The notes below the pieces were generated by a model. The model did no database searches. It saw nothing but the letters and a program-made list of their open reading frames with translations, and was not told the DNA's origin. This document shows, in pieces, positions 1-9,845 of a stretch of DNA of 48,997 nucleotides; position 1 is the first letter of the stretch, and every line of letters starts with the position of its first letter. The position numbers and the translations under genes were made by a program. The DNA is taken from the NCBI GenBank assembly GCA_041550515.1, contig JBFEOQ010000001.1:1-48997 (forward strand), in the 5' to 3' direction. Origin of the DNA: Thermoplasmatota archaeon. Lineage in GTDB: Archaea > Thermoplasmatota > E2 > DHVEG-1.

Positions 1-2
1 AT

Positions 3-707
3 AATATAGAAGAATGCTATACATATCAATGGAATTCAAATCCGTTTAAGAAAGATATCTTTTTAGAGTTAGATTGGATCGATTCACAAGATACTAATGA
101 GTCAAACAAACCTTCCGTTGAATCTTTAGAAAAATTAGTTTCTATTTTTGATGAAAAAAATATCACTTTTCATTATGACATCGGAAATCTTGGAGGAGGA
201 GAAATGATTCATATATCAGATCATACTTTCTCTTTTGCTAAAATGTCAGATATGTATTGGGATTTTTTTCTTCATAATGATTTAAATAATCCACGAAAAG
301 GTATATTTCATTATGGAATTATTTGTGATTATTGCCCTGATTTAAATTATCCATTTTTCGGCTGGGATCAATTTGATTCATTTGCTGTTTCAATAAAATG
401 GTTGAAAGAAAATGAGCGGTTAATTCCTAAAGATCAAATTTTAGCTGGAGCGGTTGTTCATCATTTAGGTCACTCTTTTGGATTAGTTGCTGATTTATAT
501 GGTGGAATTGATAACCTTGAAACCACATCTATTTTAAGTGTTCAATGGTGGAAATATCATAATTATAAAAGTTGTATGAATTATTATTATAAATATAAAA
601 TTTTAACATATTCAGATGGCGCAAATGGTTATGGTGATTTTGATGATTGGTCAAATTTAAATTTTTCTTATTTTAAAGACACAGTTATAGAATGGCCTAA
701 TAATTAA
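3..707 (+). CDS. 5'-truncated zinc-metallopeptidase-like protein (HExxH-type region reads HHLGH)
   Basis: The frame of ORF 204..707 is open to the window edge (NIEECYTYQWNSNPFKKDIFLELDW...). It contains AVVHHLGHSFGL and a KSCMNY Met-turn-like motif. Confidence 0.6.
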   Translation, partial: NIEECYTYQWNSNPFKKDIFLELDWIDSQDTNESNKPSVESLEKLVSIFDEKNITFHYDIGNLGGGEMIHISDHTFSFAKMSDMYWDFFLHNDLNNPRKGIFHYGIICDYCPDLNYPFFGWDQFDSFAVSIKWLKENERLIPKDQILAGAVVHHLGHSFGLVADLYGGIDNLETTSILSVQWWKYHNYKSCMNYYYKYKILTYSDGANGYGDFDDWSNLNFSYFKDTVIEWPNN

Positions 708-1801
708 TCTTCTTTCCATTTTGTTAAAACCAAACCAGAGATAAAGAAAAATGCTGCAAATATAAGAACAATTATTGTATAAAAAATTGCATCATCTGTT
801 TTTAAATAAATCATAGATGCTCTAAGACCTTCATTAACATAAAATAAAGGCAAAAATCTTGCAATTAATTGTAAAAAAATAGGCATTTGATCAAGTGCAA
901 AAAAAGTTCCTGCTAGAAACATCATTGGAAAGGTTACTGCACCTCCAGCCATGCCTGCAGATTCTTCATCTTTTACAAAACGACTAATGAGCATTCCCAT
1001 TCCTGTAAAAAGGAAGCTAGTACCTATAAGTATCAAAATCATCCAGATATTGACATTAATATTCATTCCATATACTATTATTCCTAAAACAATAATTAAT
1101 GCAGCAGATATAAATGATAAAAATAGTTGGAAAAACATCTTTGAAAAAATCCATTCAGATCGAGTAATAGGTGTTGTTAATAGTTTTCTTAAAATTCCAT
1201 CTTTTTTAAATTTTGTATTTCGCTCAAGGCTACCATATATACAAGTTTGCATTATTGTAAAGCCGATCATACCTGGTAAAAAGAAATCAATAAAACCAAA
1301 CTCACCAGTAATTGTTTCAATATCATTTATTCTAATTATATCTTTTCCGCCAGATTGATTCATATTAAGATTTGTAACTACACCTGAAACAACACTTCTA
1401 ACAATTGAATTAGATTGTTGCTCACTTTGATCAAAATAAAAAGATATATTTGTTATAGCTTTATCATTTATAGCTTGTTGAAAACCTTCAGGTATTACAA
1501 CTAAACGTTTAATGTTTTCATCCTTAATAAATTGTAAAATATTATCCTTAGAAACATCTCTTAAATCTGTTTTAATAACTGGAGTGTTATTTAAAATATT
1601 TACAAAAGTTTTTGATGTTGTAGAATTATCAAAATCAATGATTGCCAGATCATACTCTGCATCACCAACACCTGAAAAAATTGCACCAAACATAAGGATT
1701 AGCATAACCGGAAATAAAAGAGTCCAAAAAAGCGTTGCTTTACTTCTTATAAAGGATTTTAAATCAGTAAAAAAACTTGCCCAAATTACTTCTAATCTCA
1801 T
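704..1801 (-). CDS. ABC-2 type transporter permease
   Basis: N-terminal TM helix, extracellular loop, then DFFLPGMIG, LTTPITRSE and five C-terminal TM helices. Overlaps the ATPase gene by 4 nt. Confidence 0.9.
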   Translation of the reverse strand: MRLEVIWASFFTDLKSFIRSKATLFWTLLFPVMLILMFGAIFSGVGDAEYDLAIIDFDNSTTSKTFVNILNNTPVIKTDLRDVSKDNILQFIKDENIKRLVVIPEGFQQAINDKAITNISFYFDQSEQQSNSIVRSVVSGVVTNLNMNQSGGKDIIRINDIETITGEFGFIDFFLPGMIGFTIMQTCIYGSLERNTKFKKDGILRKLLTTPITRSEWIFSKMFFQLFLSFISAALIIVLGIIVYGMNINVNIWMILILIGTSFLFTGMGMLISRFVKDEESAGMAGGAVTFPMMFLAGTFFALDQMPIFLQLIARFLPLFYVNEGLRASMIYLKTDDAIFYTIIVLIFAAFFFISGLVLTKWKED

Positions 1802-2880
1802 TGATTTTCTTCCTCCGAGTCAGAGAGACGAGCTCCTGTTAGATGTAAAAATACTTCCTCAAGATTTGAACGGCGAATATCAATGCTTTCATAGTCAATT
1901 GCTTCATGGCGTAATATAGATAAAACCTCTAAAACTCGTTCTTTGTAATCAATTTTTATTGCTATATCACCATTATTTTCTTTATTTGCATTAAAACCAT
2001 TTTTACTTAGAATATCAATTGCTTCTTTAGTTTTACAGTTTTTAATATGAAGAATATGACCTTTACCATATTTATTGATAAGTCTCTCTAGAGAACCATT
2101 AGCTATAATATTTCCTTTGTGAATAATTGTTATTGTATCTGCTAGATACTCTGCTTCTTCCATATAATGAGTGGTTAGAAAAATTGTCTTACCTCTATTT
2201 CTTAAATCAGCAATTACCTCCCATACTTCACGACGAGCTTTAGGATCAAGACCTGTTGTAGGCTCATCAAGAAAAACAATTTCAGGATCGTTTACAAGTG
2301 ATATAGCAACACCTACACGTTGCTTCAGGCCACCAGAAAGATTCATATAAAGTGTGTTTTCTTTATCCTTTAAATCCATAGCAGCAATTATTTCCTCGAT
2401 ATTTGCACGCTTTTTAAAAAGCTTTGAAAAAAATTCTAAGGTTTCTTTAACGGAAAGTCTTTCAAAAGAATGAAATTCCTGCGGCAATATTCCAATATGT
2501 TCTTTAATATCAGAAAAAGATGTGTTAATATCTTTACCAAGTATTTTTATTATTCCATTTGTTGGTTGCCTAATTGATTCGATCATTTCAACAGTTGTTG
2601 TTTTTCCAGCACCATTTGGCCCAAGAAATGCAAATACTTCTCCTTTTTTAACTGAGAAAGAAATATTGTTCACTGCTACTAGATTACCGTACTCTTTTCT
2701 AAGGCTACTAACTTCTATTGCTATTGTTTCACTTGTTTTATCGTTAGATAAAGTCTTTTGAAATATTACTTTTCCAGTGAGATTACAAGAAGGACATTTC
2801 GTTATAATGGTATCACCAGGTTTACCAGATGAGGTAAAAATTTGTTCGCATTTTGGACATTGAATTGTTTTTGTTATCAT
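1798..2880 (-). CDS. ABC transporter ATP-binding protein with N-terminal zinc ribbon
   Basis: Walker A GPNGAGKT, signature LSGG, Walker B VFLDEPT, H-loop TTHY. N-terminal CPKC...CPSC. Confidence 0.93.
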   Translation of the reverse strand: MITKTIQCPKCEQIFTSSGKPGDTIITKCPSCNLTGKVIFQKTLSNDKTSETIAIEVSSLRKEYGNLVAVNNISFSVKKGEVFAFLGPNGAGKTTTVEMIESIRQPTNGIIKILGKDINTSFSDIKEHIGILPQEFHSFERLSVKETLEFFSKLFKKRANIEEIIAAMDLKDKENTLYMNLSGGLKQRVGVAISLVNDPEIVFLDEPTTGLDPKARREVWEVIADLRNRGKTIFLTTHYMEEAEYLADTITIIHKGNIIANGSLERLINKYGKGHILHIKNCKTKEAIDILSKNGFNANKENNGDIAIKIDYKERVLEVLSILRHEAIDYESIDIRRSNLEEVFLHLTGARLSDSEEENQ

Positions 2881-3056
2881 ATAGAATCCTGCTTTGGTAT
2901 TAACTCGGATAGGTAATCAGTATTTAGTTTTTATCTATACTATGTAATATAAGTAAGATAAAAAAAGAAAATCATTATACGTTTCTTATCATAATATTTA
3001 TTAACAAAATTAAATTATAAGTTTTAAAAAATTTAAGGAGAGAAGAGGAAATAATC

Positions 3057-4262
3057 ATGGATTTAGACTTTCTTAATAAACTTGTTAAAAATGCTGATAC
3101 CAAAATTGTAATGATTATAATAGATGGAATTGGAGGTTTACCTAGAGAAAAGGACAATAAAACTGAGCTTGAATTAGCATATAAACCTAATCTTGATAAA
3201 TTAGCATATAATGGCATTTGTGGTCTTCATATACCAGTCGGACCAGGTATAACCCCAGGTAGTGGTCCAGGTCATCTTGGTATTTTTGGTTTTAATCCAA
3301 AAAAGTATCAAATTGGTAGAGGAGTTCTTGAAGCCTTAGGTATTGATTTCATTTTAGAACCAGGTGATGTTGCAGCTCGAGGGAATTTTTGTACTATTGA
3401 TGAAAAAGGATATATAAGTGATAGAAGAGCAGGGAGAATATCGACAGAAAAAAATCAGCAGCTTTGCAAGATTTTATCTGAACGTATTAATATCCCAATG
3501 GTCAAAGTTTTTATTAAAACTGTAAAAGAACATAGGCTCTTAATTGTTTTAAGAGGAGAAGGTTTAAAAGGAAATCTTATTGATACTGATCCTCAGAAGA
3601 TAGGTATAAAACCTTTAGAGCCAAAAGGGGGAATTGGCTCGGATAAGACAGTTGGAATCGTTGAAAAATTTTTAAACCAAACCAAAGATATTCTATCAGA
3701 TCATCATCCAGCAAACATGGTTTTACTTCGTGGTTTTTCAGAAAAACCTTCTTGGCCAAATTTTCCAAAAGTGTTTGGTTTACATAGTGCTGCAATAGCA
3801 TGTTATCCAATGTATCGTGGTCTAGCAAGTTTAATCGGAATGGATTTACTTAAAACAGGGCAATCTATTGAAGATGAATTTGAAACACTTGAAGAAAACT
3901 GGGATAAATATGATTTTTTCTTTTTACATGTTAAAAAAACTGATAGTTATGGTGAGGATGGAGACTTTGATTCAAAAGTGAATGTGATTGAAAAAGTAGA
4001 TGAGCTTATTCCAAAGCTGATGAATTTGAATCCTGATGTAGTAATTGTCACAGGGGATCATTCTACCCCTTCTGTTTTAAAATCTCATAGTTGGCATCCA
4101 GTTCCATTACTTATTTGGTCAAAGTATTGTCGACCAGATAGTGTAAAAGAATTTGGTGAAAGAGCGTGTATCTCAGGTGGTCTTGGACCTATGCTTTCTG
4201 CAGTTGATATAATGCCGATTGCTTTAGCTAATGCTCTAAGATTTGAAAAGTTTGGAGCATAA
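3057..4262 (+). CDS. apgM: 2,3-bisphosphoglycerate-independent phosphoglycerate mutase (archaeal type)
   Basis: IIDGIGG, TPGSGPGHL, GRGVLEALG, HVKKTDSYGEDGD, TGDHSTP, HSWHPVP motifs; GAGG SD upstream. Confidence 0.92.
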   Translation: MDLDFLNKLVKNADTKIVMIIIDGIGGLPREKDNKTELELAYKPNLDKLAYNGICGLHIPVGPGITPGSGPGHLGIFGFNPKKYQIGRGVLEALGIDFILEPGDVAARGNFCTIDEKGYISDRRAGRISTEKNQQLCKILSERINIPMVKVFIKTVKEHRLLIVLRGEGLKGNLIDTDPQKIGIKPLEPKGGIGSDKTVGIVEKFLNQTKDILSDHHPANMVLLRGFSEKPSWPNFPKVFGLHSAAIACYPMYRGLASLIGMDLLKTGQSIEDEFETLEENWDKYDFFFLHVKKTDSYGEDGDFDSKVNVIEKVDELIPKLMNLNPDVVIVTGDHSTPSVLKSHSWHPVPLLIWSKYCRPDSVKEFGERACISGGLGPMLSAVDIMPIALANALRFEKFGA

Positions 4263-4356
4263 AACAATTGCAGAGGATTTATTACAATATTTAATGATGT
4301 GTTTAAATTCATAAAATATATAATTAAAATGAATCATTTCAATGCTTGGCGATATT

Positions 4357-4488
4357 ATGGAAAAATCATATATTTGTTGTATTTGTGAATCTGAATGTGA
4401 AAGGGAGCAATTAAAACAATTTAAAAGAAAAGGAAAAATAAAAAAAATATGTGACGAATGTGTTACAGCGATAAAAGGGATGATTTAA
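4357..4488 (+). CDS. 43-aa putative zinc-finger microprotein
   Basis: Own translation: MEKSYICCICESECEREQLKQFKRKGKIKKICDECVTAIKGMI*, with two CxxC pairs. An alternative in-frame ATG lies at 4342. Not in the ORF track. Confidence 0.6.
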   Translation: MEKSYICCICESECEREQLKQFKRKGKIKKICDECVTAIKGMI

Positions 4489-4537
4489 TAATTAATATAA
4501 CTATATTTGAATTATCATATTAAAAGAGGTTGATGTT

Positions 4538-4807
4538 GTGTCTAAAAAAGTTATTAAAAAAGATGGTAGAGTTCAACCGTTTATAAAAGAAAAAATTGTT
4601 GTTAGTGCAGTTAAAACTGGTGCTCCTGTTGAAGTAGCACGAAAAATAGCTGATAATATAGAAAAACATACTAATGAAGATATCAAAACGGATTGGATTC
4701 GTAAAAAAGTACTAGATGAGTTACATATTCAAAATCCTGATTGGCCAAAACGATGGTATAGCTATGATAAAAATATTAAAAGATTACATAAATATGGTTT
4801 AAAATAA
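4538..4807 (+). CDS. Stand-alone ATP-cone domain protein
   Basis: VIKKDGRVQPFIKEKIVVSAVKTG matches the ATP-cone N-terminus (VxKRDG..e.F...KI). GTG start with GAGG SD. Confidence 0.8.
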   Translation: MSKKVIKKDGRVQPFIKEKIVVSAVKTGAPVEVARKIADNIEKHTNEDIKTDWIRKKVLDELHIQNPDWPKRWYSYDKNIKRLHKYGLK

Positions 4808-4866
4808 ATTTTAAGTAAAATATGATAACTTACAATAAAGTCTGATATTATTTTTCTCATTTAGAT

Positions 4867-4891
4867 GCGGATATGATCTAGTGGTTATGAT
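4867..4891 (+). repeat. Exact direct-repeat copy of tRNA-Gly positions 1-25 (att-like site or tRNA 5' fragment)
   Basis: gcggatatgatctagtggttatgat is identical to 11956..11980 (26 bp including the preceding T). No tRNA 3' half follows. Confidence 0.9.
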
Positions 4892-5037
4892 GGATGCATT
4901 TATTCGCCGATTCTCGTCACTTTTCTCGTCGAGAATCTCCGCGTTATTTTCCACGGACTCTTTAAAAATCCTCTATTTCATTTTTTCTTAAATAGTATTT
5001 AATGCAGTTTTTTCTCATATTAAATTACATTATAATT

Positions 5038-6042
5038 TTATGGAATTTTCTCTATTACATTTTTTAATATATAAACAGATTTTGCATAATCATCTAAATT
5101 AATATGTTCAATTGGCGTGTGATCTAAAGTTGAATCTCCAGGACCATATGTTACAATTGGAACCATATATTTGTGTAATATATTCATGTCTGATGTGCCC
5201 ATTTTAACTTTGAACTTTGGTTCTCCACCTAATTCTCGTATCGCTCCGATGAAATTAGTGACTAAAATATTGTTCTTATTAACTTTAACCGCTTCCTCAT
5301 AACCTGAATAATTTATTATTGCATCATTTGTATTTTCTTTAATGAATTTCTTAATATTTTGTATTTTAAATCCTACTGGTATCCTCATATTAATTTGTAA
5401 ATTAACAATATCTGTAAAATCATCATTAATGGAGTCAATTGATATTATTTTTATTCCTAATTGATCAAATAATTTTTTTCCAATATTATATTTATCACAA
5501 TAATTTTTTAACTTATTATAAAATTCTATTGTTTCCTCGTAACAGTTTGAATTTGGAGATGATGTATGTTCCTTACTTTTTTTATTTTTATAATATATAT
5601 TTAATCTGCCTTTATAACCAATGTTAATATTACTCCATCCACTTGGTTCACCAATAATAATATATTCAGGATTATACATATTTAAAATATATTTTGCTCC
5701 CTTTGAATCCCTTTCCTCATCTACAGCACCTACAATTATAATTTTTCTTTTAGTAACTTCTAATGAGGCTTCTAAAAAACATGATAAGGGTCCTTTTGCG
5801 TCTACTGCACCTCTACCAAATAACTTATTATCTTTAATTTTTACAGGAATTTTGCCTGGTACTGTATCAACATGACCAACTAAAAGGATTTCTTTTCCTT
5901 TACCTTTTTTTGCGATGAAATTCCCAACTTTATCTTTATGAGCTTTGAAGCCATTTTCATTAGCCCATTTAACTAAAAAATCAACCAAATTACACTCATA
6001 ACCTGTTGGACTATAACATTCTAGCATATTTTTTAATAGCAT
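5038..6042 (-). CDS. lysK: [LysW]-lysine/ornithine hydrolase (M20 family)
   Basis: LVGHVDTVPG, GRGAVDAKG, VDEE, GEPS, GTSDMN, YGPGDSTLDHTP; lies in the lys cluster. Confidence 0.9.
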   Translation of the reverse strand: MLLKNMLECYSPTGYECNLVDFLVKWANENGFKAHKDKVGNFIAKKGKGKEILLVGHVDTVPGKIPVKIKDNKLFGRGAVDAKGPLSCFLEASLEVTKRKIIIVGAVDEERDSKGAKYILNMYNPEYIIIGEPSGWSNINIGYKGRLNIYYKNKKSKEHTSSPNSNCYEETIEFYNKLKNYCDKYNIGKKLFDQLGIKIISIDSINDDFTDIVNLQINMRIPVGFKIQNIKKFIKENTNDAIINYSGYEEAVKVNKNNILVTNFIGAIRELGGEPKFKVKMGTSDMNILHKYMVPIVTYGPGDSTLDHTPIEHINLDDYAKSVYILKNVIEKIP

Positions 6043-7214
6043 AAGACATCATTTATTGCTTTAATTACAATATCAATTTCATCCTTTGATATAACAAGAG
6101 GGGGCAGTAATCTAATCACTCTAGGTCCAGCCAGAAGTGCAATTACACCTTTTTTCATTAAAGATATTATATATGGACCTGCAATTTCATTTAGTTCTAT
6201 ACCAATCATTAAACCGACACCACGGATTTCCTTTATTTTTGAGCAGTTACTCTGAATTTGTTTCAAACCATCCAAAAAATATTCTCCTAATATAGCTGCT
6301 TTTTGAGGAAGATTTTCTTTTTCTATAAATTCAAGTGATGAAAGTGCTGCAGCACAAGCTAGAGGATTTCCTCCAAAAGTTGAGGTGTGGCTTTTTTTAG
6401 GAATTTTTACGTTATCATTACAAATCACTGCACCCATTGGTATTCCACCAGCAATGGATTTTGCTAAACATAAGATATCAGGTGTTATATCATAATGTTC
6501 ACATGCAAACATTTTTCCTGTTCGGCCAAAACCTGTCTGAACTTCATCAATTATAAGAATTATATTTCTTTCATTGCATAATTTCCGAACTTTTTTAAAA
6601 TATGTTTTATCTCCAATCCTTATTCCCCCTTCTCCCTGTATTAGCTCAAGTAAAATTGCAGATGTATTATTATCAACTAATGCTTCTAATTTTACAAAAT
6701 TATTAAAAGGGGCATGAACAAAACCTTCTAACATTGGCATGAAGGGAATTTGATACTCTTTATCCCATGTTGCAGCTAACGCTCCCATTGTTTTACCATG
6801 AAATCCACGTATTGCACAGATTAATTTGCTTTTGTTAGTAGATGCTCGGGCAAATTTAATCGCTGCTTCGATTGCTTCTGTGCCAGAATTACAGAAAAAT
6901 ACTTTGTTAAGATTTCCTGGTGCTAATTCAATTAGTTTTTTTGCAATTTTAGCTCTCACATCGTTATAAAACATACAATAACAATTTGCAATTTTCATAT
7001 ATTGATCATACAATGCTTTTGCTATCTTTTCATTAGAATAACCAATATTTGAAACACCAATATTTGAAGCGCAATCAATATATTCTTTACCGTTTTCATC
7101 ATAAAGTTTACTTTTTTTTCCTTGAATAAGAACTATATCTCTTCGAGGATAAACATCAATTTCATAAGTATCTTCTAAAATCTTTGTACTGCTCAATGGA
7201 TTACTGTCCCCCAT
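6033..7214 (-). CDS. lysJ: [LysW]-aminoadipate semialdehyde transaminase (class III PLP)
   Basis: NSGTEA, FHGKT, DEVQTGFGRTG, AKSIAGG, TFGGNPLA. True start may be TTG at 7196. Confidence 0.9.
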   Translation of the reverse strand: MGDSNPLSSTKILEDTYEIDVYPRRDIVLIQGKKSKLYDENGKEYIDCASNIGVSNIGYSNEKIAKALYDQYMKIANCYCMFYNDVRAKIAKKLIELAPGNLNKVFFCNSGTEAIEAAIKFARASTNKSKLICAIRGFHGKTMGALAATWDKEYQIPFMPMLEGFVHAPFNNFVKLEALVDNNTSAILLELIQGEGGIRIGDKTYFKKVRKLCNERNIILIIDEVQTGFGRTGKMFACEHYDITPDILCLAKSIAGGIPMGAVICNDNVKIPKKSHTSTFGGNPLACAAALSSLEFIEKENLPQKAAILGEYFLDGLKQIQSNCSKIKEIRGVGLMIGIELNEIAGPYIISLMKKGVIALLAGPRVIRLLPPLVISKDEIDIVIKAINDVLCY

Positions 7215-7981
7215 CCTTGTAAAGCTTTTGTAATAGGCTCTTCTATTCTAGCATCGCTAAAAATTACTTTGTCTACTCCATTTTCTAAAGCCTCAAAAGC
7301 ACCCAATACTTTTTTCTTCATTCTACCTTGAGCAAACAACATTGCTTTTTCAGAATCTTCTTTTGTTATTTCTTTAATTAAACTGCTCTCATCATTGACA
7401 TTCATTAATAATCCTGGGATATTAGATAAAATAATTAATACATCTGCATTTAATGAACTAGCAATAACAGCTGATGCTCTATCACCATCAACATTGATTG
7501 CTTCTTGTTCATAGCTTAAAGCTGGAGGAGTTAAAACAGGCAAATAACCATTACTTATAAGTAGTTTTAATAAATCAACATTTACATATTCTACTTTTCC
7601 TGTATAATCATCTCTCAATATCTTTTTTTTACCATTTTCAACAATAGTAATATTTTTACGTTTACCAATCATTAATTTACCATCTATTCCACTGAGACCA
7701 ATTGCATTAATTCCTAATTTCTGGAGTTTTTCAACAATCATCTTGTTCATTTTACCACAATAAACCATGTTGAAAATTTCTAATGTCTCCTTATCAGTTC
7801 TTCTTGATACATGACCTGATTCTGAAGTAATAATTAGAGGTGGTTTTCCAAGTTTCAAAGAGATATTATTTAACTCATCAGATCCACCATGGATTAAAAC
7901 TACATCTTTATAATTCACTATATCCTGAAGAACATGATCATAATTTATTCCTGATGCTCCTCCTACCTTTACGACAATCAT
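7193..7981 (-). CDS. lysZ: [LysW]-aminoadipate kinase
   Basis: VVKVGGA, HGGS, SRRTD, NVDGDRA, GRMKKKV. Confidence 0.92.
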   Translation of the reverse strand: MIVVKVGGASGINYDHVLQDIVNYKDVVLIHGGSDELNNISLKLGKPPLIITSESGHVSRRTDKETLEIFNMVYCGKMNKMIVEKLQKLGINAIGLSGIDGKLMIGKRKNITIVENGKKKILRDDYTGKVEYVNVDLLKLLISNGYLPVLTPPALSYEQEAINVDGDRASAVIASSLNADVLIILSNIPGLLMNVNDESSLIKEITKEDSEKAMLFAQGRMKKKVLGAFEALENGVDKVIFSDARIEEPITKALQGWGTVIH

Positions 7982-9000
7982 ATTGGATGCAACCCCGTAA
8001 ATTCAAGACCAGTTTTTTCATCAAAATCATACATAACATTCATGGCTTGTAATGCTTGCCCAGCAGCCCCTTTCATAAGATTATCAATAGCACCAATAAC
8101 AACAACCCGATTTTTATCTAACTCAAAACCTATATCACAATAATTTGAACCACTTAGAATTTTAGGTTCAGGATATCGATAAATTCCATTTTTCTCCTTA
8201 ACAATTCGAATAAATGGCTCCCTTCCATATTCGCTACGATATGCTTTCCAAATATCCATTTCCGAAAAGCCATTCTTCAAAAAAACATGAGCTGTCATAA
8301 GTATTCCTCTTACCATGTCAATTGATGTTGCTGAAAAATTGACAAACACTCCTAACTCCTGTTTCATTTCAGCTGTATGTCTATGTCCAGTTGGTTTATA
8401 TGAACGAACACACCCGCTTCTCTCTGGGTGATGAGAACCTTCAGAAACCTTATTACCACCCTCTGAAGAACCACATTTTGTCTCAGCTGTTATTGGACAA
8501 TTTAAATCAACCATTGAATTCTTTAAAAGAGGATGAAGAGGTAGAATTACAGATGTTGCGTTGCAACCAGCACTACTAATAAAATTTGACTTTTTCATCT
8601 CATGTCTATGTAATTCAACTATACCATAAACAAATTTATCCAATAACTCCGGTTTAGGATGTTCAACACCATACCATTTTGGGTAATCCTCTGGATTTTT
8701 TAATCTGAAGTCTGATGATAGATCAATGAGTTTATCAGTCAAACAAGCATAATTATCAAATTCTTTCATAAGTTGGGAATGAGGTAAAGCTGAAAACAAT
8801 AAATCAGCATCTTTAAGATCATTTTTACTACAAAATCTTATATCTGTCTTTTTTCTCAAGTTTGGATGAGCAAATGATACAGGTTTTCCTGATAGTCTCT
8901 CAGAGCTTAATTGGAAAACTTCCACCTCAGGATGCTGCAATAATAATCTTAACAGCTCACCACCTGCATATCCACTAGCACCAAGTATGCTTACCTTCAT
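7978..9000 (-). CDS. lysY: [LysW]-aminoadipyl-phosphate reductase (ArgC family)
   Basis: [15 protein letters not shown] catalytic Cys, [17 protein letters not shown]. Confidence 0.92.
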   Translation of the reverse strand: MKVSILGASGYAGGELLRLLLQHPEVEVFQLSSERLSGKPVSFAHPNLRKKTDIRFCSKNDLKDADLLFSALPHSQLMKEFDNYACLTDKLIDLSSDFRLKNPEDYPKWYGVEHPKPELLDKFVYGIVELHRHEMKKSNFISSAGCNATSVILPLHPLLKNSMVDLNCPITAETKCGSSEGGNKVSEGSHHPERSGCVRSYKPTGHRHTAEMKQELGVFVNFSATSIDMVRGILMTAHVFLKNGFSEMDIWKAYRSEYGREPFIRIVKEKNGIYRYPEPKILSGSNYCDIGFELDKNRVVVIGAIDNLMKGAAGQALQAMNVMYDFDEKTGLEFTGLHPI

Positions 9001-9839
9001 TTCTTGGCCTCCTCCAAAACATAATCAACAATTATTTTTGGAATGTTTACTCCAGTTGTATCAATACTATTTTTAAATTCCATTGTATAATTTACTTCAT
9101 TAACACTCATACCTTTTTCTGTTTCAAATAAATCAATTGCAACAACTCCACCACCAACAGCTTCTGCAGCTTTTAATGATATATCGCTTAATTCTTGTGT
9201 TACTTCACAATTAGATGCTATTCCTCCTCTTGCTGTATTTGTAATCCAATGATCAGACGTGCGGTAAATTGCAGCAATGCATTCATCTCCAACAACAAAA
9301 CTTCTTATATCTCTACCTTTTTTCTCTATATATTTCTGTATATAATAAATAGAGTGGTGATAGCTTCCAAGTATTTTTTTATGTTCAAGAATAGCTTCTG
9401 CTGCATCCCTATCATTAATTTTAGAAATCAATCTGCCCCATGAGCCTATAGCTGGTTTTAAAACAACAGGATAACCCATATCCTCAATTGCTAGTAAAGC
9501 TGAATTCTCTGTAAATGCTACTCTAACTTCTGGTTGAAATATTTTATTTTCTGCTAATGCAATTGATGTAAGTAATTTATCACCACATATATTTCCAACT
9601 TTGTATGTGTTTACACAGGTTATACCCACACTTTCAAAAAGTCTAAGTGAATGAAGTGCTCTTGAATGATTAATGCATCTTTCAAGTACAACATCAAATG
9701 GGAAATTATTGCGTCCTAACGTAAATTCAAGGTTTCTATCATCTATCATTAAAACCTCTAGATTATTACGTTTTTTTAACTCATTTAACAAAAGCTTCTC
9801 ATCCATTCTAATTATTGAATGTAAAAAACCAATTTTCAT
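8997..9839 (-). CDS. lysX: Alpha-aminoadipate--LysW ligase (ATP-grasp)
   Basis: [33 protein letters not shown]. Confidence 0.93.
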   Translation of the reverse strand: MKIGFLHSIIRMDEKLLLNELKKRNNLEVLMIDDRNLEFTLGRNNFPFDVVLERCINHSRALHSLRLFESVGITCVNTYKVGNICGDKLLTSIALAENKIFQPEVRVAFTENSALLAIEDMGYPVVLKPAIGSWGRLISKINDRDAAEAILEHKKILGSYHHSIYYIQKYIEKKGRDIRSFVVGDECIAAIYRTSDHWITNTARGGIASNCEVTQELSDISLKAAEAVGGGVVAIDLFETEKGMSVNEVNYTMEFKNSIDTTGVNIPKIIVDYVLEEAKK

Positions 9840-9845
9840 AATTTT

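Noticed and set aside
4845-4975. Short minus-strand open frame reading through the tRNA fragment, as a possible split-integrase remnant
   Set aside because: About 40 codons with no tyrosine-recombinase motif.
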